Assembly: GCA_005882775.1 (NCBI GenBank)
Contig: VBDY01000120.1
Coordinates: 3,357-67,356, forward strand
Direction of reading: 5' to 3'
Source: Chloroflexota bacterium
GTDB lineage: Bacteria > Chloroflexota > Dormibacteria > CF-121
DNA: 64,000 bases
The notes under the pieces are model-generated. The model was not told the origin of the DNA, did no database searches, and saw only the letters and a list, made by a program, of their open reading frames with translations. Shown here one piece after another: positions 38,473-47,507 of this stretch. The position numbers and the translations under genes were made by a program. Each line of letters begins with the position of its first letter. The first letter of the stretch is position 1.

Positions 38473-38503
38473 CAGCGCCCTTCGCGCGGGCATGCGCCGG
38501 CGC

Positions 38504-40843
38504 TTAGGCAGCGGGAACGGTCGGAGTCTTGACGCGGCGGCGGCCGGCCGGTGGAGTGGAGCGCGGCCGGGCTTTGCGCTCCGGCTTGCAGGTCGGATAG
38601 TCGGAGCAGCTGGTGAACTCGCCGTAGCGGCCCATTCGCACCACCTGGGGCTTGCCGCATCTCGGGCACGGGTCGTCTTCCAGGACGCGCAGCGGCGGCG
38701 CCGGCGCGGAGACGGTGCGTTTTCCACCCTCGATGTACTTGCAGTCGGGATATCCCGAGCAACCGATGAACTGTCCGTAGCGACCCTTGCGGTTGAGCAG
38801 CGGCTTGCCGCAGCTGGGACAGACCCGCCCCTCCACGATGTCCTCCGGCTGGATCTCCCGCTTGACGTAGCGGCACTTTGGATATCCAGAGCAGGCGACG
38901 AAGGGACCCCGCCTGCCGGTCCGGTTGACCAACGGCTTGCCGCACTTCGGGCACATCTCGCCGGTTTCCGTCGGCGGCGTGCTCTTGTCCTGGCCGTCCT
39001 TTCCCTGGATGTAGTCGCACTCGGGATAGAGCGAGCAGCCGATGAACTCGCCCAGCCGGCTCATCCGGTAGACCAGCCGGCCGGCACGACCCTCCTGCTT
39101 GCACTTGGGGCAATCCTCGCCCGTCTCGCGCATGGGGACCTTGACCCGGGGTGAGCCTTCCGCCTTGGCCAGGGTTTTTGCAAAGGGCTTGTAGAACTCA
39201 CGCACGATCGGCACCCAGGGCCGGCGTCCCTCCTCGACATCGTCGAGCTCTTCCTCCATCTCCGCCGTGAACGAGGCATCGACGATATCGGGGAAGTGCT
39301 CGATCAGCCAGGTATTGACTGTCTTGCCCAGCTCGGTGGGCCGCAGCCGGCGCTCCTCCTGCTGGACGTAGTGCCGCGCCTGGATCACCTCGACAGTGGG
39401 GGCGTAGGTGCTGGGACGGCCGATGCCCAGCTCTTCGAGCGCCTTGATCAGCGACGCCTCCGTGTAGCGCGGCGGAGGCTGGGTGAAATGTTGCTCGGGC
39501 TTCAACTCGCGCAGCTCGAGCAGCTCATCAACCGTCAGCTGGGGCAGCTCTTTCTCTTCGTCGTTCTCGTTATCGCGCTCCCAGACCTCGTAGAAGCCCT
39601 TGAACACGAGCACCGAGCCGGCGGCGCGGAAGAGATAATCGCCGCCACTGATATCGACCCGGGTCTGGGCGAATCGGGCAGCGGACATCTGGCTGGCGAC
39701 AAAGCGCTGCCAGATCAGACGGTAGAGACGGTACTGGTCGGGACTGAGGTAGTTTCGCACCGAGTCCGGAGTCCGCTCCACGTCGGTCGGCCGGATCGCC
39801 TCGTGGGCATCCTGCACTGGCCCCTTGGCTTTCCACTCCGCCCGGTCCCGGCGAACGTAGGTAGGTCCGTAGCGCTCCGTGATGAACGCCCGGGTCAGGC
39901 GCACGGCGTCCTCCGAGATGCGGAAGGAGTCGGTGCGCATGTAGGTGATCAGCCCGGTCGCTCCCTGGCTTCCAAGCTCCACGCCCTCGTAGAGTTCCTG
40001 GGCGACCCGCATCGTCCGGCTCGGTTTGAAGCGCAGCCGGCTCGATCCTTCCTGCTGCAGGGTGCTGGTCTTGTATGGCTGGGGGGCGTTGCGCATCGCG
40101 TCCTTGGTTTCCACCGAGAGGACGCGGTAGGTGGCACCGTCGAGCTGGGCCATGATGTCGCGGACCTGGCCTTCCTGGGTGAGCTCGATCTTCTCCTCGG
40201 TGCCGCGCTTGCCGATGAAGCGGGCGGCAAAGATCCGCGCCGGAAGGTCTGACTTGGCGAGCATGGCATCGAGCGTCCAGGATTCAACCGGGACAAACTT
40301 CTCGATCTCCTCCTCGCGCTCGCAGACGAGCCGGACCGCCACCGACTGCACCCGGCCGGCGCTCAAGCCTTTGCGGATCTTTTTCCAGAGCAGCGGGCTG
40401 AGCTTGTACCCGACCAGCCGGTCGATCACCCGGCGGGCCTGCTGCGCATCGACCAGGTCCTGGTTCATCGGGCGCAGGGCTTCGAGTGCTTTCTCGACCG
40501 CGCTCTTCGTGATCTCGTGCAGCTCGATCCGGCGAGGATCCTTGAGCTTGAGGATGTGGGCCAGGTGCCAGGCAATCGCCTCACCTTCCCGGTCCGGATC
40601 CGAGGCGAGCAGGATCTCGGATGCGTTCTTGGCGGCGGCCTTCAGGTCCTTGATGGTCGCTTCCTTTCCGGGGATGGTGACGTACTCCGGTTTGAAGGCG
40701 TGCTCGATGTCGATCCCGAGCGTGCTCTTCGGCAGGTCACGAATGTGACCCATCGAAGCGCGGATCTCGTAGTCCTTGCCAAGAAAACGCCCAAGCGTCT
40801 TGGCTTTGGCCGGAGACTCGACGATGATCAGTGGGGTTGCCAT
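38504..40843 (-). CDS. topA: DNA topoisomerase I with C-terminal zinc ribbons
   Basis: IVESPAKAKT, DPDREGEAIAWH, SAGRVQS and LITYMRTDS; four C4 Zn-ribbon repeats. Confidence 0.98.
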   Translation of the reverse strand: MATPLIIVESPAKAKTLGRFLGKDYEIRASMGHIRDLPKSTLGIDIEHAFKPEYVTIPGKEATIKDLKAAAKNASEILLASDPDREGEAIAWHLAHILKLKDPRRIELHEITKSAVEKALEALRPMNQDLVDAQQARRVIDRLVGYKLSPLLWKKIRKGLSAGRVQSVAVRLVCEREEEIEKFVPVESWTLDAMLAKSDLPARIFAARFIGKRGTEEKIELTQEGQVRDIMAQLDGATYRVLSVETKDAMRNAPQPYKTSTLQQEGSSRLRFKPSRTMRVAQELYEGVELGSQGATGLITYMRTDSFRISEDAVRLTRAFITERYGPTYVRRDRAEWKAKGPVQDAHEAIRPTDVERTPDSVRNYLSPDQYRLYRLIWQRFVASQMSAARFAQTRVDISGGDYLFRAAGSVLVFKGFYEVWERDNENDEEKELPQLTVDELLELRELKPEQHFTQPPPRYTEASLIKALEELGIGRPSTYAPTVEVIQARHYVQQEERRLRPTELGKTVNTWLIEHFPDIVDASFTAEMEEELDDVEEGRRPWVPIVREFYKPFAKTLAKAEGSPRVKVPMRETGEDCPKCKQEGRAGRLVYRMSRLGEFIGCSLYPECDYIQGKDGQDKSTPPTETGEMCPKCGKPLVNRTGRRGPFVACSGYPKCRYVKREIQPEDIVEGRVCPSCGKPLLNRKGRYGQFIGCSGYPDCKYIEGGKRTVSAPAPPLRVLEDDPCPRCGKPQVVRMGRYGEFTSCSDYPTCKPERKARPRSTPPAGRRRVKTPTVPAA

Positions 40844-40846
40844 GTT

Positions 40847-41737
40847 TTATTTGTCCAGGCGGCGCCGGCTGCGAGTGACGGCACCGCGGTCGCCGATTAT
40901 ATAGTTGCCCATCTCCAACAATGTCAAGCGGCGGCTCACTTCTATCACGTCCAAACGCAATTGCTCCGCCAACTCATCATGATGGCGCGGTTCTACCCAG
41001 TCGAGCAATTCCCAAACGGCGGCAAGCTCAGGTTCTTGCGGTCCTGAATCCGCGCGCGCAGGCGCGGGTGCACGCGCGTGCGCGCGTGCGTACGCGCGTA
41101 CCGCCTCCGGGAGCTCGGCCAGCACGTCCTCGACTGTTCGCACCAGCGTGGCGCCATCTTTGACCAGGCTGTGCGGCCCGAGCGTCAGAGGATTTTCGAT
41201 GCTCCCGGGTACGCAGAACACCTCGCGCCCCTGCTCCAGCGCCAGGCGCGCCGTGATCAAGGCGCCGCTGCGTTCAGCGGCTTCCACGATGATCACGCCA
41301 AGGCTGAGTCCGCTGATGATCCGGTTGCGCACCGGAAAGCGAGCCGGGAGCGGCAGGCTGCCGTCCTCGGCCTCGCTCAGCAGGGCACCGGTGACCGCGA
41401 TCCGATCCGCCAGCTCGACGTGCTCGGGCGGATAGATCGGGTCGAGGCCGCTGGCGAGCACCGCCACCGTGGGCGTGGGGCCGGTCAGCGCCCCCTCATG
41501 CGCGGCCCGGTCGATACCGCGCGCCAGGCCGCTGACCACGATGATGCCCTGGTTGGAAAGGTCCTCCGCGAGCTGGTGCGCGGCCCGCTGGCCGTACGGT
41601 GTTCCCTGACGCGAACCCACCACCGCGACGGTTGGGCCGACAGGCAGGACGCCCCTGACGAACAACCGGGCGGGCGGATCCGCGATCGCCGCCAGGAGGA
41701 CGGGATAACCAGGGTCGTTCCGCCAGAGGACGCTCAC
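40847..41737 (-). CDS. dprA: DNA-processing protein DprA (no N-terminal SAM domain, C-terminal winged helix)
   Basis: VAVVGSR, VSGLARGID..AH, FPVRNRIISGLS, SGALITA..A.EQGREVF.VPG and C-terminal LTLLEM. Confidence 0.95.
   Translation of the reverse strand: MSVLWRNDPGYPVLLAAIADPPARLFVRGVLPVGPTVAVVGSRQGTPYGQRAAHQLAEDLSNQGIIVVSGLARGIDRAAHEGALTGPTPTVAVLASGLDPIYPPEHVELADRIAVTGALLSEAEDGSLPLPARFPVRNRIISGLSLGVIIVEAAERSGALITARLALEQGREVFCVPGSIENPLTLGPHSLVKDGATLVRTVEDVLAELPEAVRAYARAHARAPAPARADSGPQEPELAAVWELLDWVEPRHHDELAEQLRLDVIEVSRRLTLLEMGNYIIGDRGAVTRSRRRLDK
40896..40927 (-). promoter_or_regulatory. Internal topA promoter TTGACA-N20-TATAAT inside the dprA 3' end
   Basis: Both consensus hexamers are perfect (-35 at 40922-40927, -10 at 40896-40901) and lie in an AT-rich patch about 50 nt upstream of the topA ATG. 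Confidence 0.7.
41068..41101. repeat. 34-nt perfectly alternating purine-pyrimidine, CG-rich tract (Z-DNA-prone)
   Basis: GTGCACGCGCGTGCGCGCGTGCGTACGCGCGTAC, plus CGCGCGCGCA at 41051-41060. Confidence 0.8.
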
Positions 41738-43239
41738 CCGCTTTCGCGATATTGGACTGCCTCGGCAAGGTGGGCGGCGGCGACGTCCGCCGCCCCCTCC
41801 AGGTCGGCAATTGTGCGCGCTACCCGGAGCAGCCGGTGGAGGGCTCGTCCGCTCAGGTGGAGGCGGTCACCTGCCGCGGTCAACAGGTCCTGCCCTGCGG
41901 CGTCCAGGTGGACATCGCGGCGCAGCTGGGTGCCGGTGAGCGCACCGTTCAGTGGACCGTCCGGCCGCCGCTTTCGCTGCCGGGCACGGGCATCCATGAC
42001 CCGCTCGCGAACTGTGGCGCTTGACTCAGCACCGTCGGCGTGGTGCAGGAGCTCGGCGGCCGGCTGCCGGAGCACCGATACCTGGAGGTCGATCCGGTCG
42101 CGGATGGGGCCGGACAGGCGCGCCTGGTAGCGCTGCCGTTGAGGTGGTGTGCAGGTGCAGGGCTTCTTCTGATCGCCGTAGCGTCCGCAGGGGCACGGGT
42201 TGGCGGCGGCGACCAGGATGAAACGGCTGGGAAGGACCGCGTGCCCGTGCCTTCTCGCCACCACCAGCCGTCCGTCCTCGATCGGCTGGCGCAGCGCTTC
42301 GAGCGCATCCCGACGCAACTCGTTGATCTCGTCCAAAAACAACACCCCGTTGTGCGCCCTGCTCAGCTCGCCCGGCTGCGGCGTGTTGTCGCCACCGCCG
42401 ATCAACCCGGCCGTCGAGATGCTGTGATGTGGCGCCCGAAATGGAGGCTCTGTGATCAGGCCGCTGCCGGGAGCCAGGCCGCCGAGGATGGAGGCGATGG
42501 TGGTGACCTCGAGCGCCGCTCTCTCCTCAAGCGACGGCATGATCCCGGGGAGGGCGCGGGCCAGGAGCGTTTTCCCCGAACCGGGCGGCCCGACAAATAA
42601 AAGATGATGCGATCCGGCGGCGGCAATCTCCAGCGCCCGCTTGGCGTGGGCGTGACCACGAACGTCGGCCAGGTCGACGGCGGTCAGGGCGGGCGATGGA
42701 TCGCCGGCCTCCAGGACCGTGTCGGGCAGCGGCTCCCCGTCCACCCAGTACCGCACCAGCCGCCGAAGGTCCGGGACCGCGTGCACCGGGCGGGAGGTGG
42801 CGAGCCGCGCCTCGGCCACATTCGCCGGCGGCACATAAAAGATGTTGGCCCCGCTGCGGTCGAGGTGGGCGCTGATGGCGAGAATGCCGCGGATGGGCCG
42901 GACCGAGCCGTCGAGAGCCAGCTCCCCCAACCAGGCTGCACCCTTAGGCAGGGGACGGTGGACGGTGCAGCTCAGGATGGCGGCGGCGATCGCCAGGTCA
43001 AACCCGGTCCCCTCCTTGCGGACCTGGGCCGGGGCCAGGTTGACGGTCACCTTCTGTCCCGGAAACTCCTGACCGCTGTTGTTGATCGCGATCTTGACCC
43101 TCTCCCTGGCCTCCTGCACCGCCCGGTCGACCAGGCCGACGATGTGGAAGCCAGGCAATCCCTGCCCGATGTCGGCCTCCACCTCCACCCGCATCCCCTC
43201 CAGCCCGAACACGGTGCCAGAAAGCGTATGGGCCTGCAT
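41734..43239 (-). CDS. comM: ComM/YifB Mg-chelatase-like AAA+ ATPase
   Basis: NLAPA..RKEG..FDL, GPPGSGKT, PFRAPHHS, AHNGVLFLDE, NPCPCG and LRVARTIADL. ATG at 43239. Confidence 0.95.
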   Translation of the reverse strand: MQAHTLSGTVFGLEGMRVEVEADIGQGLPGFHIVGLVDRAVQEARERVKIAINNSGQEFPGQKVTVNLAPAQVRKEGTGFDLAIAAAILSCTVHRPLPKGAAWLGELALDGSVRPIRGILAISAHLDRSGANIFYVPPANVAEARLATSRPVHAVPDLRRLVRYWVDGEPLPDTVLEAGDPSPALTAVDLADVRGHAHAKRALEIAAAGSHHLLFVGPPGSGKTLLARALPGIMPSLEERAALEVTTIASILGGLAPGSGLITEPPFRAPHHSISTAGLIGGGDNTPQPGELSRAHNGVLFLDEINELRRDALEALRQPIEDGRLVVARRHGHAVLPSRFILVAAANPCPCGRYGDQKKPCTCTPPQRQRYQARLSGPIRDRIDLQVSVLRQPAAELLHHADGAESSATVRERVMDARARQRKRRPDGPLNGALTGTQLRRDVHLDAAGQDLLTAAGDRLHLSGRALHRLLRVARTIADLEGAADVAAAHLAEAVQYRESG

Positions 43240-43248
43240 CGACCGCAT

Positions 43249-43268
43249 CATACACAATTTTGTGTATG
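43249..43268. promoter_or_regulatory. AT-rich palindromic operator candidate between divergent promoters
   Basis: CATACACAA-TT-TTGTGTATG (perfect 9-bp arms); overlaps the comM -10 box TATGAT at 43247-43252. Confidence 0.7.
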
Positions 43269-43297
43269 TTCCCGCACATAAGCCTTAGGATGGCCGC

Positions 43298-43843
43298 GTG
43301 TCCTGGAAACGGCGGGCGGCCGGCTGGCTCGGGGTCCTCACCACCCTTCCCTACCGGCTGGGCGGGCGGGTTCGGATCGGTCCGGGTCTGCTGGGCAATG
43401 GCCGGCTGCGGATCAGCGGACCTGGCACAGTGATCCTGGACCAGGACATCAACGCCTGGTCCCACGCCGAGGTCAACCACCTGCGGACGACCCGACGGGA
43501 GGCGGTGATCCGCGTCGGCCGCAACGTCCGCCTGAATGGATGCACGCTGACCGCTGCCGCAAGGATCGAGGTGGGCGCCGACTGCGTGCTCGGTTCGTGC
43601 GAGGTGCGTGACCACGAGGCGTGGCCGGCCGGGGTTCAACGGGACGTCGGATCCGACGGGCCCAGGCCGGTGATCATCGAGGACAACGTCTGGATCGGAG
43701 GCCAGGCTTCGGTACTGCCTGGCGTTCGGATTGGGCGAAACTCGGTGGTGGGGATCCACGCCGTCGTCTTCCAGGACGTGCCCGCGGATGTGATCGTCGC
43801 CGGCAATCCGGCTCGGGTTGTGCGCCCCCTGGAACGGGCATAA
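43298..43843 (+). CDS. Hexapeptide-repeat (left-handed beta-helix) acyltransferase
   Basis: PVIIEDNVWIG..ASVLPGVRIG.NSVVG..AVV..DVP...IVAGNPARVVR. Confidence 0.9.
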   Translation: MSWKRRAAGWLGVLTTLPYRLGGRVRIGPGLLGNGRLRISGPGTVILDQDINAWSHAEVNHLRTTRREAVIRVGRNVRLNGCTLTAAARIEVGADCVLGSCEVRDHEAWPAGVQRDVGSDGPRPVIIEDNVWIGGQASVLPGVRIGRNSVVGIHAVVFQDVPADVIVAGNPARVVRPLERA

Positions 43844-43856
43844 TCGGACCAGGTCG

Positions 43857-44042
43857 ATGAAAGCCAACGCGCCTCCCACCGTCTGCGACCAGTGCAAGCG
43901 AATGCCGCACTGGGAGCGGCTTCGGGGACCGGATCAGCAGGTCCGCCTCGCCGATGGACGCATGGTCCTCAGGCGCGGCCAGGGCTGGGTCTGCACCCGC
44001 TGCGGTCACACCATCCCGATTTCGTTCGAGGCATATAGCTGA
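43857..44042 (+). CDS. Small C4 zinc-ribbon protein
   Basis: 61 aa with CDQC...WVCTRCGH; lies between two co-oriented genes. Confidence 0.65.
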   Translation: MKANAPPTVCDQCKRMPHWERLRGPDQQVRLADGRMVLRRGQGWVCTRCGHTIPISFEAYS

Positions 44043-44638
44043 TCACGGTCGAGACCCAGGCGCGCCTCGACCGGCTGCGCCGAACGCTCACCGACCGGGA
44101 TCGATCGGTCGTTGACGCGGCCCCGCCCCTGGTGCGCGCGGGCGTCCTGGTGCCGCTGATCCCGTCGACCAACGGGGTCGAGATCCTGCTCACCCGGCGC
44201 ACCGACACCGTGCTCACCCACAAAGGCCAGATCTCCTTCCCCGGAGGCCAGCAGGAAAGCGGGGATGCGGACATCGTCGAGACCGCGCTGCGCGAAGCCT
44301 ACGAGGAGGTCGGTCTGGAACCGTCGCGGGTCGAGGTTCTCGGCGAGCTCGACGACGTCTTCACGGCTGTCAGCGGCTTCGTCGTCACCCCGGTGGTCGG
44401 GCTGCTGGCGGGCGGTACCCAGGACCTGCGGCCGGCGCCCACTGAGGTGAGAAGCCTGCTGGTGGTTCCGATCACCCGTCTCCTCGAGCCCGCGGTCCAC
44501 ACCACCCAGGTCCGCACCGGCAACGGGCAGCGTTTCACCATCGACTACTACACGGTCGATGAGGACGTCATCTGGGGCGCGACCGGCCGCATGCTCAACC
44601 AGTTCCTGCGAGCCTGGGAGGCAGCGGCGGAGGGTTAG
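44039..44638 (+). CDS. Nudix CoA pyrophosphatase (NudL-like)
   Basis: AGVLVPL, LLTRR...L.HKGQISFPGG, ETALREAYEEVG and IWGATG. The N-terminal helix extends to CTG 44039 (CTGA overlap, GAGG 7 nt upstream). Confidence 0.9.
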   Translation: MITVETQARLDRLRRTLTDRDRSVVDAAPPLVRAGVLVPLIPSTNGVEILLTRRTDTVLTHKGQISFPGGQQESGDADIVETALREAYEEVGLEPSRVEVLGELDDVFTAVSGFVVTPVVGLLAGGTQDLRPAPTEVRSLLVVPITRLLEPAVHTTQVRTGNGQRFTIDYYTVDEDVIWGATGRMLNQFLRAWEAAAEG

Positions 44639-45000
44639 TCGATCGCGTTCTTTACGTGCTCGACCGAACGCAGCCGGCCACCCTCCACGATCAGACCCAC
44701 CACATCGAATCGGACCGTGCCGCGATAGGGGTGCCGGGCCAGGTAATAGGTGGCGAGCTGGCGAAGCTTGCGGATCTTGCGCCGATCCACCGCCTCCTGG
44801 GGCAGCCCGAAACGAGTCCCGGCGCGGGTCTTGACTTCGACAAAGACCAGGGTCGCCCCGTCCATCGCCACCAGGTCCAGCTGACCGAGCGGCGTGCGCA
44901 CATCCCGGCCGACGATCCGGTAGCCGAGGCCAAGCAGATGGTCCTCGGCGAGCGCCTCGCCGCTAGTCCCGAGGCTCGGGACCATTGGTTGCGCCAGCAT
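44635..45000 (-). CDS. yraN: YraN family putative endonuclease
   Basis: G..GE.LA..HL...GY.I, GQLDLVA, LVFVEVKTR and RFDVV. Start at ATG 45000 or 44985. Confidence 0.92.
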   Translation of the reverse strand: MLAQPMVPSLGTSGEALAEDHLLGLGYRIVGRDVRTPLGQLDLVAMDGATLVFVEVKTRAGTRFGLPQEAVDRRKIRKLRQLATYYLARHPYRGTVRFDVVGLIVEGGRLRSVEHVKNAID

Positions 45001-45685
45001 AGGCCGCCGCCTCCAGCGCGGCCCGGTCGCGGATGGAGATGAAGGAGCGCCGGTGCAGGGGTGAGAGTCCGTGCCGGTCCATGGCGTGGAGATGTTCGGG
45101 GGTGGGGTAGCCCTTGTGCGTCTCGAAGCCATAGCCGGGGAACTGCCCCGCGAACCGGGCCATCAGCCGATCGCGGGTGACCTTGGCCAGGATCCCGCCG
45201 GACATGATCGAGATCGACCGGCTATCGCCCTTCACGATAGGGAGTTGCGGGACCAGCGCCTCAGGAAGCAGGAAGCCGTCGACCAGCAGATAGTCGATCC
45301 GGCGGCGCAGCTGGTGCAGAGCGATCCCCATGGCCCATCGAGCCGCCCGGCCGACCCCCACCCGGTCGATCTCATCGACCTCGACGATCCCGACGCCCCA
45401 GGCCTCGGCGCCGTCGAGGATGCACTCGTAGTAGTGGTCGCGTTCCTCTGCGGTGAGCAGCTTGGAGTCGTTGATGCCCTCGCAGTGGAAGAAGGGCCGC
45501 ATGACCGCCGCTCCCGCGACCACCGGTCCCGCCCACGGGCCCCGGCCGGCCTCGTCGACGCCGGCAACGGATGCGTAGCCGAGCCCGAAGGCCTGCCGCT
45601 CGAAGACCCAGAGGTCCCGGTCAGCTTTCGGCTTCTTCGGTCTCTTCTGCTGGAGTTTCGCGGTCGGCGGGGACGCTTGTGGCAA
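44963..45685 (-). CDS. rnhB: Ribonuclease HII
   Basis: [34 protein letters not shown] and HRRSF. Start uncertain (TTG 45685). Confidence 0.94.
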   Translation of the reverse strand: MPQASPPTAKLQQKRPKKPKADRDLWVFERQAFGLGYASVAGVDEAGRGPWAGPVVAGAAVMRPFFHCEGINDSKLLTAEERDHYYECILDGAEAWGVGIVEVDEIDRVGVGRAARWAMGIALHQLRRRIDYLLVDGFLLPEALVPQLPIVKGDSRSISIMSGGILAKVTRDRLMARFAGQFPGYGFETHKGYPTPEHLHAMDRHGLSPLHRRSFISIRDRAALEAAAYAGATNGPEPRD

Positions 45686-46034
45686 CGCTCTGTCGTTTCT
45701 CCCGGATGCGCGCGCTCTTGCCCACCTTTCCACGCAGGTAGTAAAGCTTCGCGCGGCGGACCTTGCCGTGTCGAACGACGTCGATCTTGTCGATCCGAGG
45801 CGAGTGCAGCAGGAAGCTACGCTCGACGCCCACCCCGTGCGCGATCCGGCGCACTGTGAAGCTCTCCTTCGCACCAGCCCCGCGGCAGCCGATCACGATG
45901 CCTTCGAAGATCTGGACGCGCTCCCGGTTGCCCTCGACCACCTTGGCGTGCACCTTGACGGTATCGCCGGGGGTGAGCGAGGGGACGTTTTTGCGCCTGG
46001 TCTCGGCGTCCAGCAGATCGATCACGTTGGACAC
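45621..46034 (-). CDS. rplS: 50S ribosomal protein L19
   Basis: [28 protein letters not shown] and [10 protein letters not shown]. Confidence 0.97.
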   Translation of the reverse strand: MSNVIDLLDAETRRKNVPSLTPGDTVKVHAKVVEGNRERVQIFEGIVIGCRGAGAKESFTVRRIAHGVGVERSFLLHSPRIDKIDVVRHGKVRRAKLYYLRGKVGKSARIREKRQSVATSVPADRETPAEETEEAES

Positions 46035-46099
46035 GGCGTACAAGCATACCAGCCGCCCGCGCCGCAACTATCTAAAGACAACGATCTCTGGCGTCACAC

Positions 46100-46765
46100 C
46101 TACGACAGAAGATCCGGCCGGCGGCGTTTCGTGCGCGCCTCCGCCTGCTGCCGGCGCCAGCGCTCGATCTCGGCGTGATGGCCCGATAGCAGCACGTCCG
46201 GCACAGCGTGGCCTTCGAAGACGGGCGGCCGGGTGTAGTGGGGATACTCGAGGAGCTTCTCGGCAAAAGACTCGTCGAGCGGAGAGGCCTGGGCGCCGAG
46301 CACGCCGGGTATCAGGCGGCTGACCGCGTCGATCACGACCAGCGCCGCGAGCTCGCCTCCGGTCAGTACGTAATCGCCGATCGAGAGCTCCCGGTCGACC
46401 AGGTGGCTCGCGACCCGGTCGTCGACTCCCTCGTAACGGCCGCAGATCAGGTAGAGGTCCGGCTGCTGCGCGAGCTCCCGGGCGATCCGCTGGTTGAAGA
46501 GCTCTCCCTGCGGGCTGAGCAGGATGACCGGCCCCGATCCCTGGCGGGCGCGGACCGCCTCGAAGATCGGCTCCGGCTTGAGCACCATCCCGGCCCCGCC
46601 CCCGTAGGGGACGTCATCCACCTGGCGGTGCCGGTCGTGGGTGTAGTCGCGGAGGTTGTGAAGGGTCAGGCCCACCACGCCCGCGGACAGGGCCCGGCCG
46701 GTCACCCCATGGGCGAGCGCTCCCGGAAAGAGCTCGGGAAAGAGCGTCAGCACCTCGAACTGCAT
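46100..46765 (-). CDS. trmD: tRNA (guanine-N1)-methyltransferase
   Basis: [32 protein letters not shown] and [10 protein letters not shown]. Confidence 0.97.
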   Translation of the reverse strand: MQFEVLTLFPELFPGALAHGVTGRALSAGVVGLTLHNLRDYTHDRHRQVDDVPYGGGAGMVLKPEPIFEAVRARQGSGPVILLSPQGELFNQRIARELAQQPDLYLICGRYEGVDDRVASHLVDRELSIGDYVLTGGELAALVVIDAVSRLIPGVLGAQASPLDESFAEKLLEYPHYTRPPVFEGHAVPDVLLSGHHAEIERWRRQQAEARTKRRRPDLLS

Positions 46766-47274
46766 CAGGCCGAACCTTCCTCGGGCATGTCGACGACGAT
46801 CCGCCCTTGCGAAGGATCGATGGTACGGACGATGCTGCGCACCATAGGCACCAGCACCTCCTTTACGCCGGCCGTGACGCGAAGCACGTCGTTCGCTTCG
46901 TACTCCAGTACCTCCGCCACCGTCCCGAGCACGCGGTCGCTGCGTTGATCGACCACGCTCAGGCCGACCAGCTGGTAGTGGTAGTAGCGGCCCGAGGGCA
47001 GCCTCTTCGCCTGGTCGAGGGGAACGGTCAGATAAGCCCCGCCTAGGCGGGCAGCCGCCTCGCGCGTATCGATCCCCTCGAATCGGACCAGCAGGTGATC
47101 CCCTTTCCGGTCGAGCGCGGTCACGGTCAGGAGCGCGCCAGCGGCCAGGACCCGACTGCCTGGCGAAAAGCGGTCCGACGGAAAGTCTGTGAGCGCCTCC
47201 ACCTGGACGGCTCCCTTGACGCCGTGCGCTTTCACGACCCGACCCACCCGGAGGTCGGGCCCGTCGGCCGTCAC
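46765..47274 (-). CDS. rimM: 16S rRNA processing protein RimM
   Basis: [25 protein letters not shown] and LVP.V. Confidence 0.95.
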   Translation of the reverse strand: MTADGPDLRVGRVVKAHGVKGAVQVEALTDFPSDRFSPGSRVLAAGALLTVTALDRKGDHLLVRFEGIDTREAAARLGGAYLTVPLDQAKRLPSGRYYHYQLVGLSVVDQRSDRVLGTVAEVLEYEANDVLRVTAGVKEVLVPMVRSIVRTIDPSQGRIVVDMPEEGSA

Positions 47275-47507
47275 ACGATCTCGACCATCACCCGGTCGTG
47301 GTTCTTGAGGGCGGCCGCGCGAACCACCGCCCGGATGGCATCGATATTCCTGCCGCCGCGGCCGATCACCTTGCCCACGTCCTCGTTAGCCAGGCTCACC
47401 TCCACCCGGTTGGTGCGCTCGCCCTCGACCATCGTCACCTTGACCTCGTCGGGTTTGGCCACGATCGACTTGATGATGTAGCCGACCAGGTCGGTGTAGT
47501 CGTACAT
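47271..47507 (-). CDS. khpA: KH-domain RNA-binding protein KhpA (YlqC)
   Basis: [17 protein letters not shown]; lies between rpsP and rimM. Confidence 0.93.
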   Translation of the reverse strand: MYDYTDLVGYIIKSIVAKPDEVKVTMVEGERTNRVEVSLANEDVGKVIGRGGRNIDAIRAVVRAAALKNHDRVMVEIV

